A stretch of 64,000 nucleotides of DNA from Patescibacteria group bacterium. Its GTDB lineage: Bacteria; Patescibacteriota; UBA1384; XYA2-FULL-43-10; 1-14-0-10-43-13. Shown here in pieces: positions 49,748 through 58,384 of the stretch (the stretch's first letter is position 1; each line of letters starts with the position of its first letter). The DNA is taken from the NCBI GenBank assembly GCA_041671645.1, contig JBAZBD010000001.1, positions 671,234-735,233 of the forward strand, in the 5' to 3' direction. The notes under the pieces are model-generated. The model had not been told where the DNA came from. It saw nothing but the letters and a program-made list of their open reading frames with translations, and ran no database searches. The translations under genes were made by a program, and so were the position numbers.

Positions 49748-50935
49748 TTATTTGGTTATTTCCTTGACCAATTCGTGAATGCCGATTTGACCCTTGTCGC
49801 CCTCGCCGTATTTGCGAACAGCCACTTTGTCGGCCTCGATTTCTTTGTCACCAATCACTAACATATATGGAATCTTTTGCATCTCTGCTTCGCGGATTTT
49901 CTTGCCAACTGATTCGGTCCTAACGTCAATTTGGACTCTGACGTCCTGGCCTGCCAATTCTTTCCTAATCTTCTCAGCGTATTCGTTGTGGCGATCAGCA
50001 ATTGGTAGAACAATCGCTTGAACGGGAGAAAGCCAAGTAGGTAGCGCTCCACCAGTTTGCTCTAGCAGTATGGCAATAAATCTCTCAACTGATCCCAAAA
50101 TTGCTCGGTGGATCATAACTGGATGCTTTTTCTCACCCTTTTCGTCGACATAATTGGCGTCGAGTCTCTCAGCCATGGCGAAGTCTAGCTGGATCGTGCC
50201 CAATTGCCAGCTTCGACCAAGCGCATCTTTGACGTGAAAATCAATCTTCGGGCCGTAAAATGCACCATCGCCTTTGTTGATTTTGAATTCAACTTTTTTG
50301 GATTTCAGGGCCTTTTCCAGCCCGCCCTCTGCCTTGGTCCAAACTTCATCACTTCCGATCGATTTCTCTGGTCTGGTAGAGAGTTCAACTCTGATATCCG
50401 TAAAGCCATAACGATGATAAGTTTCGAATACGAAATCAATCAATTTGGCAATTTCCTTCTCGATATGGTTGTCATCACAATAGATGTGCGCATCATCTTG
50501 TGTAAAATTTCGAAGACGCAATAGTCCGTTGACCTCGCCTGCCTGCTCGTAGCGAAAAACTGTGCCAAATTCGGCCAATTTGATCGGCAAATCTTTGTAC
50601 GAGTGGATTTCTTCGTTAAAGATCATGAGTGATCCTGGACAGCTCATCGGCTTCAAGCACCATTTTGGCTTGTCGAGCTCCTTTTCATTGCCGACAAAGA
50701 ATAATTTTTCGTGATAGTTGTCGAAATGTCCGCTAGTTTTGAGTGTCTCAGTGCTGATAATCGAGGCAGATTTGATCTCTTTGTACCCGTCAGCAGTAAG
50801 ATGTTTTTGCAAATCTGCGAGGATCACATTGAACAGTGTCAATCCTTTGGGCCACCAATAAACAACTCCTGGCACCTTCTCGTCAAAACTAAACAGTCCC
50901 AATTCTCGCCCCAATGCTTTGTGGTCGCTTTCCAT
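49748..50935 (-). CDS. thrS: threonyl-tRNA synthetase, short form without the N-terminal TGS/editing domain
   Basis: DHKALG, LKPMSCP, FRYE, FTQDDAHI, GAFYGPKID, HRAILGSVERF. Confidence 0.97.
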   Translation of the reverse strand: MESDHKALGRELGLFSFDEKVPGVVYWWPKGLTLFNVILADLQKHLTADGYKEIKSASIISTETLKTSGHFDNYHEKLFFVGNEKELDKPKWCLKPMSCPGSLMIFNEEIHSYKDLPIKLAEFGTVFRYEQAGEVNGLLRLRNFTQDDAHIYCDDNHIEKEIAKLIDFVFETYHRYGFTDIRVELSTRPEKSIGSDEVWTKAEGGLEKALKSKKVEFKINKGDGAFYGPKIDFHVKDALGRSWQLGTIQLDFAMAERLDANYVDEKGEKKHPVMIHRAILGSVERFIAILLEQTGGALPTWLSPVQAIVLPIADRHNEYAEKIRKELAGQDVRVQIDVRTESVGKKIREAEMQKIPYMLVIGDKEIEADKVAVRKYGEGDKGQIGIHELVKEITK

Positions 50936-50945
50936 AATTTCCTCA

Positions 50946-51302
50946 TGTCATTCCTGCGAAAGCAGGAATCTTAAATAATATTTTTATATAAGTCATCCCA
51001 GTCGGGATTTTCTTTTTCTATTAATTCAATCTTCCAATCTCTCTTCCAACGTTTCAATTTCTTTTCTCTCTCGATCGCAGATAACGGATTGTCGTACTCT
51101 TCAAAATGTACCAACTTATCTATAAAATATCTGCTCGTGAAACTCTCTTTGTCATACTTGCCCTTGTGGAAATAAATCCTTCTTTTGAGATTATTCGTAA
51201 CCCCGACGTACAAAACTCCGTCTTTCTTGCTGGCTAATATGTAAGTGTAATACTTCTTTCCCATCTTGCCCCTGAAGATCCCTGGTCAAGCCAGGGATGA
51301 CA
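50946..51302 (-). mobile_element. GIY-YIG cassette bounded by inverted REP-like palindromes
   Basis: TGTCATTCCTGCGAAAGCAGGAATCT (50946-50971) and AGATCCCTGGTCAAGCCAGGGATGACA (51276-51302). Confidence 0.75.
50971..51264 (-). CDS. small GIY-YIG nuclease
   Basis: YTYILAS...LYVGVTNNLKRR..H...FT..Y...LV.FE...AIEREKKLKRWKRDWK..LIE..NP.W.DL. Confidence 0.92.
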   Translation of the reverse strand: MGKKYYTYILASKKDGVLYVGVTNNLKRRIYFHKGKYDKESFTSRYFIDKLVHFEEYDNPLSAIEREKKLKRWKRDWKIELIEKENPDWDDLYKNII

Positions 51303-51324
51303 TTATAAAAAGACTAGTACATTT

Positions 51325-51432
51325 GGGAGCCCTCATTTGAGGTCGGTTCCATCCCAGTTTCTAATCTTAATTTCCTCATTCGCTTGAGATTGCGCCAAGT
51401 CTCGCTGGATGGTGGCCAGGTCAACGACTTGG
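51325..51432 (-). promoter_or_regulatory. minimal T-box riboswitch (Thr, ACC specifier) upstream of thrS
   Basis: Stem I CCAAGTC...CTGG-CCACCAT-CCAG...GACTTGG; antiterminator GGGA-TGGAACC-GACCTC-AAAT-GAGGGC-TCCC; extended -10 TGGTATTAT upstream. Confidence 0.7.
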
Positions 51433-51477
51433 ATAACTTATCTAGATAATACCATTATTTGGAAAAAAGTAAATATT

Positions 51478-51930
51478 TTATTGCATGAACATTTCGGTCG
51501 CACCTTCGGGTAAGTGGACATCGCGAATTTTGCCTCTGATCATCGCCTCCCAACAAGGCTGGCAACACCACCAATGTCCCCAGAGATAGACGTCTGCCCC
51601 CTCGGTATCGATGCCCGCCTCGATCGCTTTGTTCACAACCAAAAGTTCGGAGTGGCCCTCCTGTTCGCAAATTTCCTTGCAGAGATGATAATCAGTCCCA
51701 GTCTTGCTTTTTGCAACTACCCTGGGGCAAACTTCGACTAATTTGCCAGCGTTGGTCGAAGTCATTAAAACTTTGCCGTTTTTGACCAACACTGCACCGG
51801 TCGGCTGTTTGCGACAGCCGGTCTTCTCGGTCGCTTTCTTGGCCGCTAGGATGAACGGATTATCGACCGCCACATATTTGATCTCTCTGCCTTCAGGCAG
51901 ATAGGGGCAATTGATTTTTTTCTTCGTCAT
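51478..51930 (-). CDS. dCMP deaminase-like protein
   Basis: GAVLVKNG, GHSE, WCCQPC zinc motifs. Confidence 0.85.
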   Translation of the reverse strand: MTKKKINCPYLPEGREIKYVAVDNPFILAAKKATEKTGCRKQPTGAVLVKNGKVLMTSTNAGKLVEVCPRVVAKSKTGTDYHLCKEICEQEGHSELLVVNKAIEAGIDTEGADVYLWGHWWCCQPCWEAMIRGKIRDVHLPEGATEMFMQ

Positions 51931-52621
51931 TTTTTTCTGTTTTTATCGGTGCATCTGGAACTTCTACGAGATAATTCTTCTTGATTTTGTCGACTGCACC
52001 ATCTCGAAGAAGGTTAATTTCATCGTGCGGATCAAATTTGTAGTCTAGCTGATAGCCTTCGACACCCTGATATTTTGGCTTGGAAAGGCCATGTTCCTCC
52101 GCTTCTTTGACCGTGATATCATGCTCCATGGTCTGGAAGACGAGCTGTGCGATTCTCTCGCCGGGATAAATTCTGATTTTCTGAGTCTTGGTCATGTTGA
52201 AAACTGGAATCATGAGAGAGCCAGAGAAATGAGGGTCGATAATGCCTGATTCGATCGAGATGCCACGACGAGTAGTCGAACTCCGAGGGTAGAGAGTGGC
52301 CATGATCCGACCGGAGTTGATATTGATCTTCTCGAGAGTCGAAATGAGGATGAATTCACCCGGAAGTAATTCGAAGGTTTGGCCGGGCTTCAGGTGCAGG
52401 ATATCTAGAACTTCGCTTTTCACCTCGTTGTTCAAATGATCAACCATCAATTCTGTCCGGCCTTCTTCGCTGAAAGACCAAGTCTTGGGGATAAAGAAGT
52501 TGGAGCCGACGCGAACATCAATTGCGGCTGGTTGAAGTTGAAATTGGTCAACTCCTGGCTCAAAAGTTAGCTCGCCCTGGCTGATAGATTTGATAATTTC
52601 ACTCTTTGTCAGAATTCCCAT
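51893..52621 (-). CDS. dcd: dCTP deaminase
   Basis: QPAAIDVRVG, RSSTTRRGI, IDPHFSG, YPGERIAQLVF, KYQG. Confidence 0.9.
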   Translation of the reverse strand: MGILTKSEIIKSISQGELTFEPGVDQFQLQPAAIDVRVGSNFFIPKTWSFSEEGRTELMVDHLNNEVKSEVLDILHLKPGQTFELLPGEFILISTLEKININSGRIMATLYPRSSTTRRGISIESGIIDPHFSGSLMIPVFNMTKTQKIRIYPGERIAQLVFQTMEHDITVKEAEEHGLSKPKYQGVEGYQLDYKFDPHDEINLLRDGAVDKIKKNYLVEVPDAPIKTEKNDEEKNQLPLSA

Positions 52622-53132
52622 AGTTCACTCCGTATTTTAATAATACCGTTTGATTTGCTTTTTTGACGCTCTTCAAATGCAGATTAACATCTCTTTTGAC
52701 GTCGGACAATATTCTCATGCCAAAACCGAATATCTTGGGCTCTACTGTAATCCAGAGCTCATCGATAAGTTGCTTGTCGAAGAAAAGACTATTAATCATG
52801 CTTCCGCCGCCAATGAATACTTTCTTGAATCCCCGCTTTTTCAAATTTTTTAGTACCTCAGCTGGAGGCGTGTTGACCACAAACTCGAGCAAACCCGGTT
52901 TCTCTAATTTTTTGTCCTCCGGGTTCATAGTCATGACATAATTGAGACGACCTGGAAGTGGCCTGTCGCCAAAGGTGGCGAAGGTGTTGCGGCCAAAGAC
53001 AATGGCGCCGCCCTTTTTCGTTTCTGCGACGAAGAACTGTTTGTCTTCCTTCGAGGTCCAATTGGCGGTGTGATCCTTGTCATGAGCGATCACTCCGTCC
53101 AGAGACTCAGCCATAATAATTATTGTTTTCAT
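52599..53132 (-). CDS. folA: dihydrofolate reductase family
   Basis: MAESLDGVIA, GRNTF, PLPGRLN, FIGGG; directly downstream of thyA. Confidence 0.85.
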   Translation of the reverse strand: MKTIIIMAESLDGVIAHDKDHTANWTSKEDKQFFVAETKKGGAIVFGRNTFATFGDRPLPGRLNYVMTMNPEDKKLEKPGLLEFVVNTPPAEVLKNLKKRGFKKVFIGGGSMINSLFFDKQLIDELWITVEPKIFGFGMRILSDVKRDVNLHLKSVKKANQTVLLKYGVNYGNSDKE

Positions 53133-53959
53133 AATGCGATTTTCATTTTTTTAACTGCTGCTTTGGGATTGTATTGACTGCTTAAGATTTCAAATATTTC
53201 CATAATCAGTGATTCATCGCCTGCCATCGCTCGATCGAGCCAATCTGCCTTGGGCTCAAATACAATGGGGGGATGAGAATTTACCCGATTGAGAAGTTCG
53301 TGTGCTTGAGCATAATGATTTTCATAGATGTGAGCGTTGGAAACGGTATGGGTATAGACACCTGGCTTCACTCCCAATTTGGCGGCTAATAGATACTGAA
53401 GTAATGCAAAGCCAGCGGTGTCGTGAGGACAGCCCAACATCATGTCGTTTGAACGAACGACCGAATGAAGGTGGAGTTTGTTGCCGATAATATTGACGGT
53501 GAAAGTGTATGGACAGGGCACATTTTTCTTCTTGGTGCCGCTCGATAGCCCATCATCAGCTGGGTCCCAGGTCACCACCACTCCATGGCGAGATGAAGGA
53601 TCCTTTTGTAGTAATGTAACCAGATCGGCAATCTGATCACGGCCAAAGGCGTGACGCCAACGATAACCGTAGGCCGCCGCCACTGTCCCGTCTTCCTCCA
53701 AGAAGTCGTCCCAAATCTTGGTGTATTTGTCCAAGAACTCGTCCGGCCTCTGTCCCCCTGAGAGATACCAGACCATTTCAGCCACGAATATTTTGATCGG
53801 GATTTTGCGCAAAGTCAGAATTGGAAAGCCAAAATCAACTTGAAAAGTGAGTCCTGGCACCGCCTTGGTCTTGAGACCCGTGCGGACATTCAACTCTTCA
53901 ATGCCTTCGTTCATCACTCTGGCGATTGCGTTTTGGTAGACCTTGTCAAACTGTGTCAT
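53129..53959 (-). CDS. thyA: thymidylate synthase
   Basis: IWD, YGYRWR, DPSSR, VPC, RSND...G.P, AHIYENH. Confidence 0.93.
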   Translation of the reverse strand: MTQFDKVYQNAIARVMNEGIEELNVRTGLKTKAVPGLTFQVDFGFPILTLRKIPIKIFVAEMVWYLSGGQRPDEFLDKYTKIWDDFLEEDGTVAAAYGYRWRHAFGRDQIADLVTLLQKDPSSRHGVVVTWDPADDGLSSGTKKKNVPCPYTFTVNIIGNKLHLHSVVRSNDMMLGCPHDTAGFALLQYLLAAKLGVKPGVYTHTVSNAHIYENHYAQAHELLNRVNSHPPIVFEPKADWLDRAMAGDESLIMEIFEILSSQYNPKAAVKKMKIAL

Positions 53960-54523
53960 TTATTTCTCGCCCAATTCTAATATTATTTTGTCGATCTTCT
54001 GATAAAGATCGTCGAAGTTACCCGAGTTGTCAATTTTCCGATCGGCCATAGCGGTTGTCAAGTCGATCTGGGGAGCGTTATTGGCACCAGACTTTTCCTG
54101 CTCCTCTTTCGCAACCAAATCATCAATCGTTTTGATCGCGTCATCCTCGCCACCTTTGTTCCTCGCCTGCATGCGCTGAAAACGTATCTCTATTGGCGCA
54201 TATATTTCCCAAAGTTCAAAATCAGGGCTTTTTTTCAAAGCTTCAACTTCGCCAGTTTGGCGAACAGCCGGGACGACCCAATCGCCGCCAGTTTCGTTTA
54301 TTTTTTTGAGAGCTTGTTCCGCCAAGTATCCCGTCCCGAACTCGGCACGTAATTCGTTGCCTTTTTGTAGTAAATTTTCACGAATTAATTCTTTGCCTTC
54401 CGCTCGCAAATGGTCACGAATTATATCTGAAAGAGAAACACGTTTATATCCCTTTTTCTCAACTAAATAATCACCCACTGTGTCTTTGCCGCCAGCAAAC
54501 CAACCTGTAATTCCGATAATCAT
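53960..54523 (-). CDS. P-loop nucleotide kinase (dephospho-CoA/dNMP kinase-like)
   Basis: IIGITGWFAGGKDT, SLSDIIR, GNELR, IDNSG. Confidence 0.8.
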   Translation of the reverse strand: MIIGITGWFAGGKDTVGDYLVEKKGYKRVSLSDIIRDHLRAEGKELIRENLLQKGNELRAEFGTGYLAEQALKKINETGGDWVVPAVRQTGEVEALKKSPDFELWEIYAPIEIRFQRMQARNKGGEDDAIKTIDDLVAKEEQEKSGANNAPQIDLTTAMADRKIDNSGNFDDLYQKIDKIILELGEK

Positions 54524-54565
54524 ATTTTCCTTATTACTTTATAGACTTTACGAACTTTATGAACT

Positions 54566-55810
54566 TTATGACTCAACCCCAGGGACCGGGAACTTCGTCG
54601 CCATTTCTTTGACCTCAGCTTTGACTTCGGCCAATTTCTCGGCCTTGTCCATATTCTCTGCCACTATATTAAACATTTCGGCGATTCTCTGCATCTCGGC
54701 CACGCCCATGCCACGAGTAGTCAACGCGGCTGTCCCCACTCGAATGCCCGAAGCAATTTTGGGCGGATTGGGATCTGCCGGCACTCCGTTTTTGTTGACT
54801 GTAATACCAGCTTCGTGAAGAGCGTACTCAAAATCCTTGCCGGTCAGATTTTTGTTTCGTAAATCAACTAATACCAGATGATTGTCCGTCCCGCCAGTGA
54901 CCAGCTCAAAATCAAAGGATTGGAGGGTCTTGGCAAAGGCTTGCATATTCTCCAGTACCTTGCCGATATATTCTTTGAAATCTGGGCGCAGTGCCTCGCC
55001 AAATGCGACCGCTTTGGCCGCGATGACGTGCTCGAGCGGCCCGCCCTGGAGCATGGGGAAGACGGCTTTGTCGATCTTCTTGGCCAGCTCCTCGTCATTG
55101 GTCATAATAATCCCACTTCGAGGCCCGCGCAAGGTTTTGTGAGTGGTGGAAGTTACAATGTCGGCAATTCCGATTGGTGACTCATGATATCCAGTCGCGA
55201 CCAAGCCAGCGATATGGGCGATGTCAGCGATCAAAACAGCGCCGACTTCATCAGCTATCTCCCTGAATTTCTTGAAATCAATTGCGCGAGGATAAGCTGA
55301 GTAGCCGCACATGATCACTTTTGGCTTGACTTCGAGGGCGATTTCTCTGATCTTGTCATAATTCAATCTGCCAGTCTCGGGATCAATGCCGTAAAAGTGG
55401 GAGGTGAACCATTTGCCGGAAAATGAAACCTTGGCGCCGTGGGTCAAATGTCCCCCCGCGTCCATGGCTTGGCCGAGAATAACGTCGCCTGGTGATGCCA
55501 CAGCGGCGTAAGCGGCCATATTGGCAGAGGAGCCGGAGTGCGGCTGGACATTGGCAAAGTTGCAACCAAAAAGCTTCTTGAGCCTATCGATCGCTAGAGA
55601 TTCGGCCTGATCGACGCATTCGCAACCGCCATAATATCGAGAAGCAGGATAACCTTCGGCGTATTTGTTGGTCAATATCGATCCCGTTGCCTCCAATACG
55701 GCTTCTGAAGCGTAGTTTTCCGAAGCGATCATCTCAAGTCCTTCGACTTGGCGCTTTTTTTCGCACTCGATAATTTCAAATATTTCTTTGTCTGATTCTT
55801 TTAAATTCAT
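54566..55810 (-). CDS. glyA: serine hydroxymethyltransferase
   Basis: IASEN, NKYAEGYP, NVQPHSG, GGHLTHG, TTHKTLRGPR, GGTDNH. Confidence 0.98.
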   Translation of the reverse strand: MNLKESDKEIFEIIECEKKRQVEGLEMIASENYASEAVLEATGSILTNKYAEGYPASRYYGGCECVDQAESLAIDRLKKLFGCNFANVQPHSGSSANMAAYAAVASPGDVILGQAMDAGGHLTHGAKVSFSGKWFTSHFYGIDPETGRLNYDKIREIALEVKPKVIMCGYSAYPRAIDFKKFREIADEVGAVLIADIAHIAGLVATGYHESPIGIADIVTSTTHKTLRGPRSGIIMTNDEELAKKIDKAVFPMLQGGPLEHVIAAKAVAFGEALRPDFKEYIGKVLENMQAFAKTLQSFDFELVTGGTDNHLVLVDLRNKNLTGKDFEYALHEAGITVNKNGVPADPNPPKIASGIRVGTAALTTRGMGVAEMQRIAEMFNIVAENMDKAEKLAEVKAEVKEMATKFPVPGVES

Positions 55811-55825
55811 AAAAATCCTTGTGAT

Positions 55826-55891
55826 TGTCATCCTGAACTTGATTCAGGATCTAGATTATTTGGTAGGTTCCGGATCAAGTCCGGAATGACA
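55826..55891. repeat. empty paired REP-like element (TGTCAT...ATGACA)
   Basis: TGTCATCCTGAACTTGATTCAGGATCT + 12 nt + AGGTTCCGGATCAAGTCCGGAATGACA. Confidence 0.85.
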
Positions 55892-55905
55892 TTCTTCGCC
55901 TCAAC

Positions 55906-56556
55906 TCATAGGTCCTCGCTTTTGATCTCACTTTTCAGCTCATCTAGAAAAACTTTTGTAAAATTGTATCTTTTCTCAGCAATTTCCTTCGAATATGGGA
56001 AGTTCAGATTTTCGTATTTTTGAAGAGGCCCTCGGTCTAGAGCGTCTACAAAGCTGTGATTTAGCCAGACTTCCTTTGACTCCGGCACAGGTTCGTCATT
56101 CACAATTGGATAGCCTCTCTCGCCATAATAATAGGCGATTCTACTGATCCCGATCGCTCCCATCGATTCCAGACGGTCTGCGTCCTGTAAAATCTTTGTC
56201 TCGACATGGTTAGTCTCTTCTCCGTCATGACCCCAAGCATAATTATCATGCAGACGAATCGCTTCCAATACGTCATCCATTTTGGCAGGAGGGAAACCGA
56301 GCTCAGGCAACCATTTTTTGGCGATTTCCATACTGTACTTAAAATGATGCTTGTCATCATCTTCATGATTTTTGTATCCGATATCGTGAAGCAAAACTGC
56401 TGCAACTAAAATCTCTTCATCGCAAGCAATATTTTTTGAGATTTTAATTGCAATATCTTTGACCCTTTCCAAATGATAAAAATCGTGGCAAGCGGTGTAG
56501 CCTTTCAAATATTCTTTGATCTTCTTTTCTAATTTGTCTTGCCAATCATATTTCAA
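55906..56556 (-). CDS. HD-domain phosphohydrolase
   Basis: HDFYHLERV, LLHDIG, LQDADRLESMGAIG. Confidence 0.9.
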   Translation of the reverse strand: MKYDWQDKLEKKIKEYLKGYTACHDFYHLERVKDIAIKISKNIACDEEILVAAVLLHDIGYKNHEDDDKHHFKYSMEIAKKWLPELGFPPAKMDDVLEAIRLHDNYAWGHDGEETNHVETKILQDADRLESMGAIGISRIAYYYGERGYPIVNDEPVPESKEVWLNHSFVDALDRGPLQKYENLNFPYSKEIAEKRYNFTKVFLDELKSEIKSEDL

Positions 56557-57239
56557 ATCAATTCCTTCTTTACAATCTCAAAAACCTTCTCTGATATCTC
56601 TTCAATCGGCAAAATCTTGTCGTCAACTGCGCAATCAATTTTACGCCATTCTGGGTACCTATCTGCTAGCCAAAGATATGTTTTTTCGACTTCAAGCAAA
56701 TACTCGCTGTTGCTTTCGTGGATATCTCTTTTTGCGTCAGTATAACTTCTTTTGGCCTTCTGATCGACTAGAATCTGGCCAATCTTGAAAGGGACATAAA
56801 GATAAACAACCAGATCAGGCTTTGGGATATTGAAAACATGGTATTCCAATTCGTAAAGCCAATCTAGAAATTTCTGGCGTTCTTTTTCATCTGGAAACAG
56901 CGCGCCAGAGAAAGCCATGTTTGATTGCACGTAACGATTTGAGACAATGATCTTGCCCGCGCTCAAATCATTCCGCATCTTCTCAGACACCTCGTAACGA
57001 TCGCCTGCGTACATTAGAGAGATTAGATATGGCGAAATTTGTTTGGTTGTTCCAAATTCGCCATTGAGATATCGTCCCACCATCTTGCCAAAGAATGTCT
57101 CTGTGTACTGGGGGAAATCATAATAGGCGATCGAGTGGCCCAGGCTTTTCAACTTTTCAACTAAAATATCAGACTGCGTCTTCTTGCCCGCTCCGTCAGA
57201 TCCGTCAATGACGATAAAAGTTCCTTTTTGTTTTGCCAT
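56553..57239 (-). CDS. tmk: thymidylate kinase
   Basis: IVIDGSDGAGKKTQ, FPQY, YAGDR, NRYVQSN, PKPD. Confidence 0.9.
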   Translation of the reverse strand: MAKQKGTFIVIDGSDGAGKKTQSDILVEKLKSLGHSIAYYDFPQYTETFFGKMVGRYLNGEFGTTKQISPYLISLMYAGDRYEVSEKMRNDLSAGKIIVSNRYVQSNMAFSGALFPDEKERQKFLDWLYELEYHVFNIPKPDLVVYLYVPFKIGQILVDQKAKRSYTDAKRDIHESNSEYLLEVEKTYLWLADRYPEWRKIDCAVDDKILPIEEISEKVFEIVKKELI

Positions 57240-57242
57240 GGT

Positions 57243-57539
57243 TTAGTCGTTATTTTTTAATAATGCACTCAGCTTATTTTGCAGATCGTCCAAACGAAAT
57301 GATTCGTGAATTTCGGCTTCAGAATATCTACCTTTTTGTTCAGCAGCCGCGTCGATAATGTCGATTCTCTTCTGCGCCTCTTCGATGATCATGCCTATCA
57401 GATTTGGTCTGATTCGAGCGAGTTTGATAATCGGAGCAACGTTCCAAGACATCTCAAAGTCATTAAGCAATTCCGAAATATCAATTCGTTGATAATCCTC
57501 TTTCATCGGCCTCTGTTCTGTCGGTTCGCCCTCTGCCAT
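57243..57539 (-). CDS. hypothetical protein
   Basis: Tightly packed in the operon (1-3 nt gaps). Confidence 0.6.
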   Translation of the reverse strand: MAEGEPTEQRPMKEDYQRIDISELLNDFEMSWNVAPIIKLARIRPNLIGMIIEEAQKRIDIIDAAAEQKGRYSEAEIHESFRLDDLQNKLSALLKNND

Positions 57540-57540
57540 T

Positions 57541-57912
57541 TTAGCTCTCCAATTCTTTGCGCTCTTTGTCGGTTTGTCGATTAATATTCATCTCGTGGTC
57601 GTATTTGTCAGGATAGCGAGTCTTCAATTTACGAATATTCTTGTCCCAAATATCTTCGAAAGAAACACCCAATTCATCGGCCAAAATAGCCAGGTACCAC
57701 ATTACATCTCCCGCTTCCTCAACCAAATTGATCTTGTCGAGCGGTTTTTCGTAAATTTTTGTCTTCTTAACCGCCGACATGAGCTCGCCCGCTTCGGTCA
57801 CAATGCCATAAACAGCATGCTCGATCCGAGGTGACAAATCCCGAAAGGCAGGAAAAGCGTATGGTTTTGACTCTGTCCTCTTGGCATTCTCAATATATTC
57901 TTTTGGTGTCAT
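57541..57912 (-). CDS. MazG-like NTP pyrophosphohydrolase
   Basis: GIVTEAGEL...KK...EEAGDVMWYLA...NIRKL..RY. Confidence 0.9.
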   Translation of the reverse strand: MTPKEYIENAKRTESKPYAFPAFRDLSPRIEHAVYGIVTEAGELMSAVKKTKIYEKPLDKINLVEEAGDVMWYLAILADELGVSFEDIWDKNIRKLKTRYPDKYDHEMNINRQTDKERKELES

Positions 57913-58228
57913 CTTGGCTCCGTTACTTATGTGTCGACGAAAAAAGCGCGCATCTCGCCGCTTCTTTGTTTTTATTTTTGCTTGCCATCCATAGCCTTGC
58001 GCGTAGGATGGTTTGGTTTAAGTTTAGACCAATTCCCAGAAAGTGTCCAACGATCTTTTCCACATATATTTTCGTATGAATATGGTCGATCGACGAGAAT
58101 CATACGAATGATGAAGATCTCCATGCTATCTATAATTTTCATTTTTTGTTGTTTGGCTCTAAGACTCGGCTCTAAGCGTTGAAAAAAAAGCCATAATTTG
58201 ATATTATAGCAAAGTAAAAGTCCGCTGC

Positions 58229-58305
58229 GCGCCCATAGCTCAGTTGGTTAGAGCGCCTCATTGACGTTGAGGAGGTCAGAGGTTCGAATCCTCTTGGGCG
58301 CACCA
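58229..58305 (+). tRNA. tRNA-Val(GAC)
   Basis: Acceptor GCGCCCA/TGGGCGC, anticodon arm CCTCA-TTGACGT-TGAGG, CCA. Confidence 0.97.
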
Positions 58306-58384
58306 TAAAAAAATCATCACCCTCCTTCGTTAAAACTACGGACGGCAGGCAGTGGTGATTTTTTTATGAGAATATTTAATAGAA

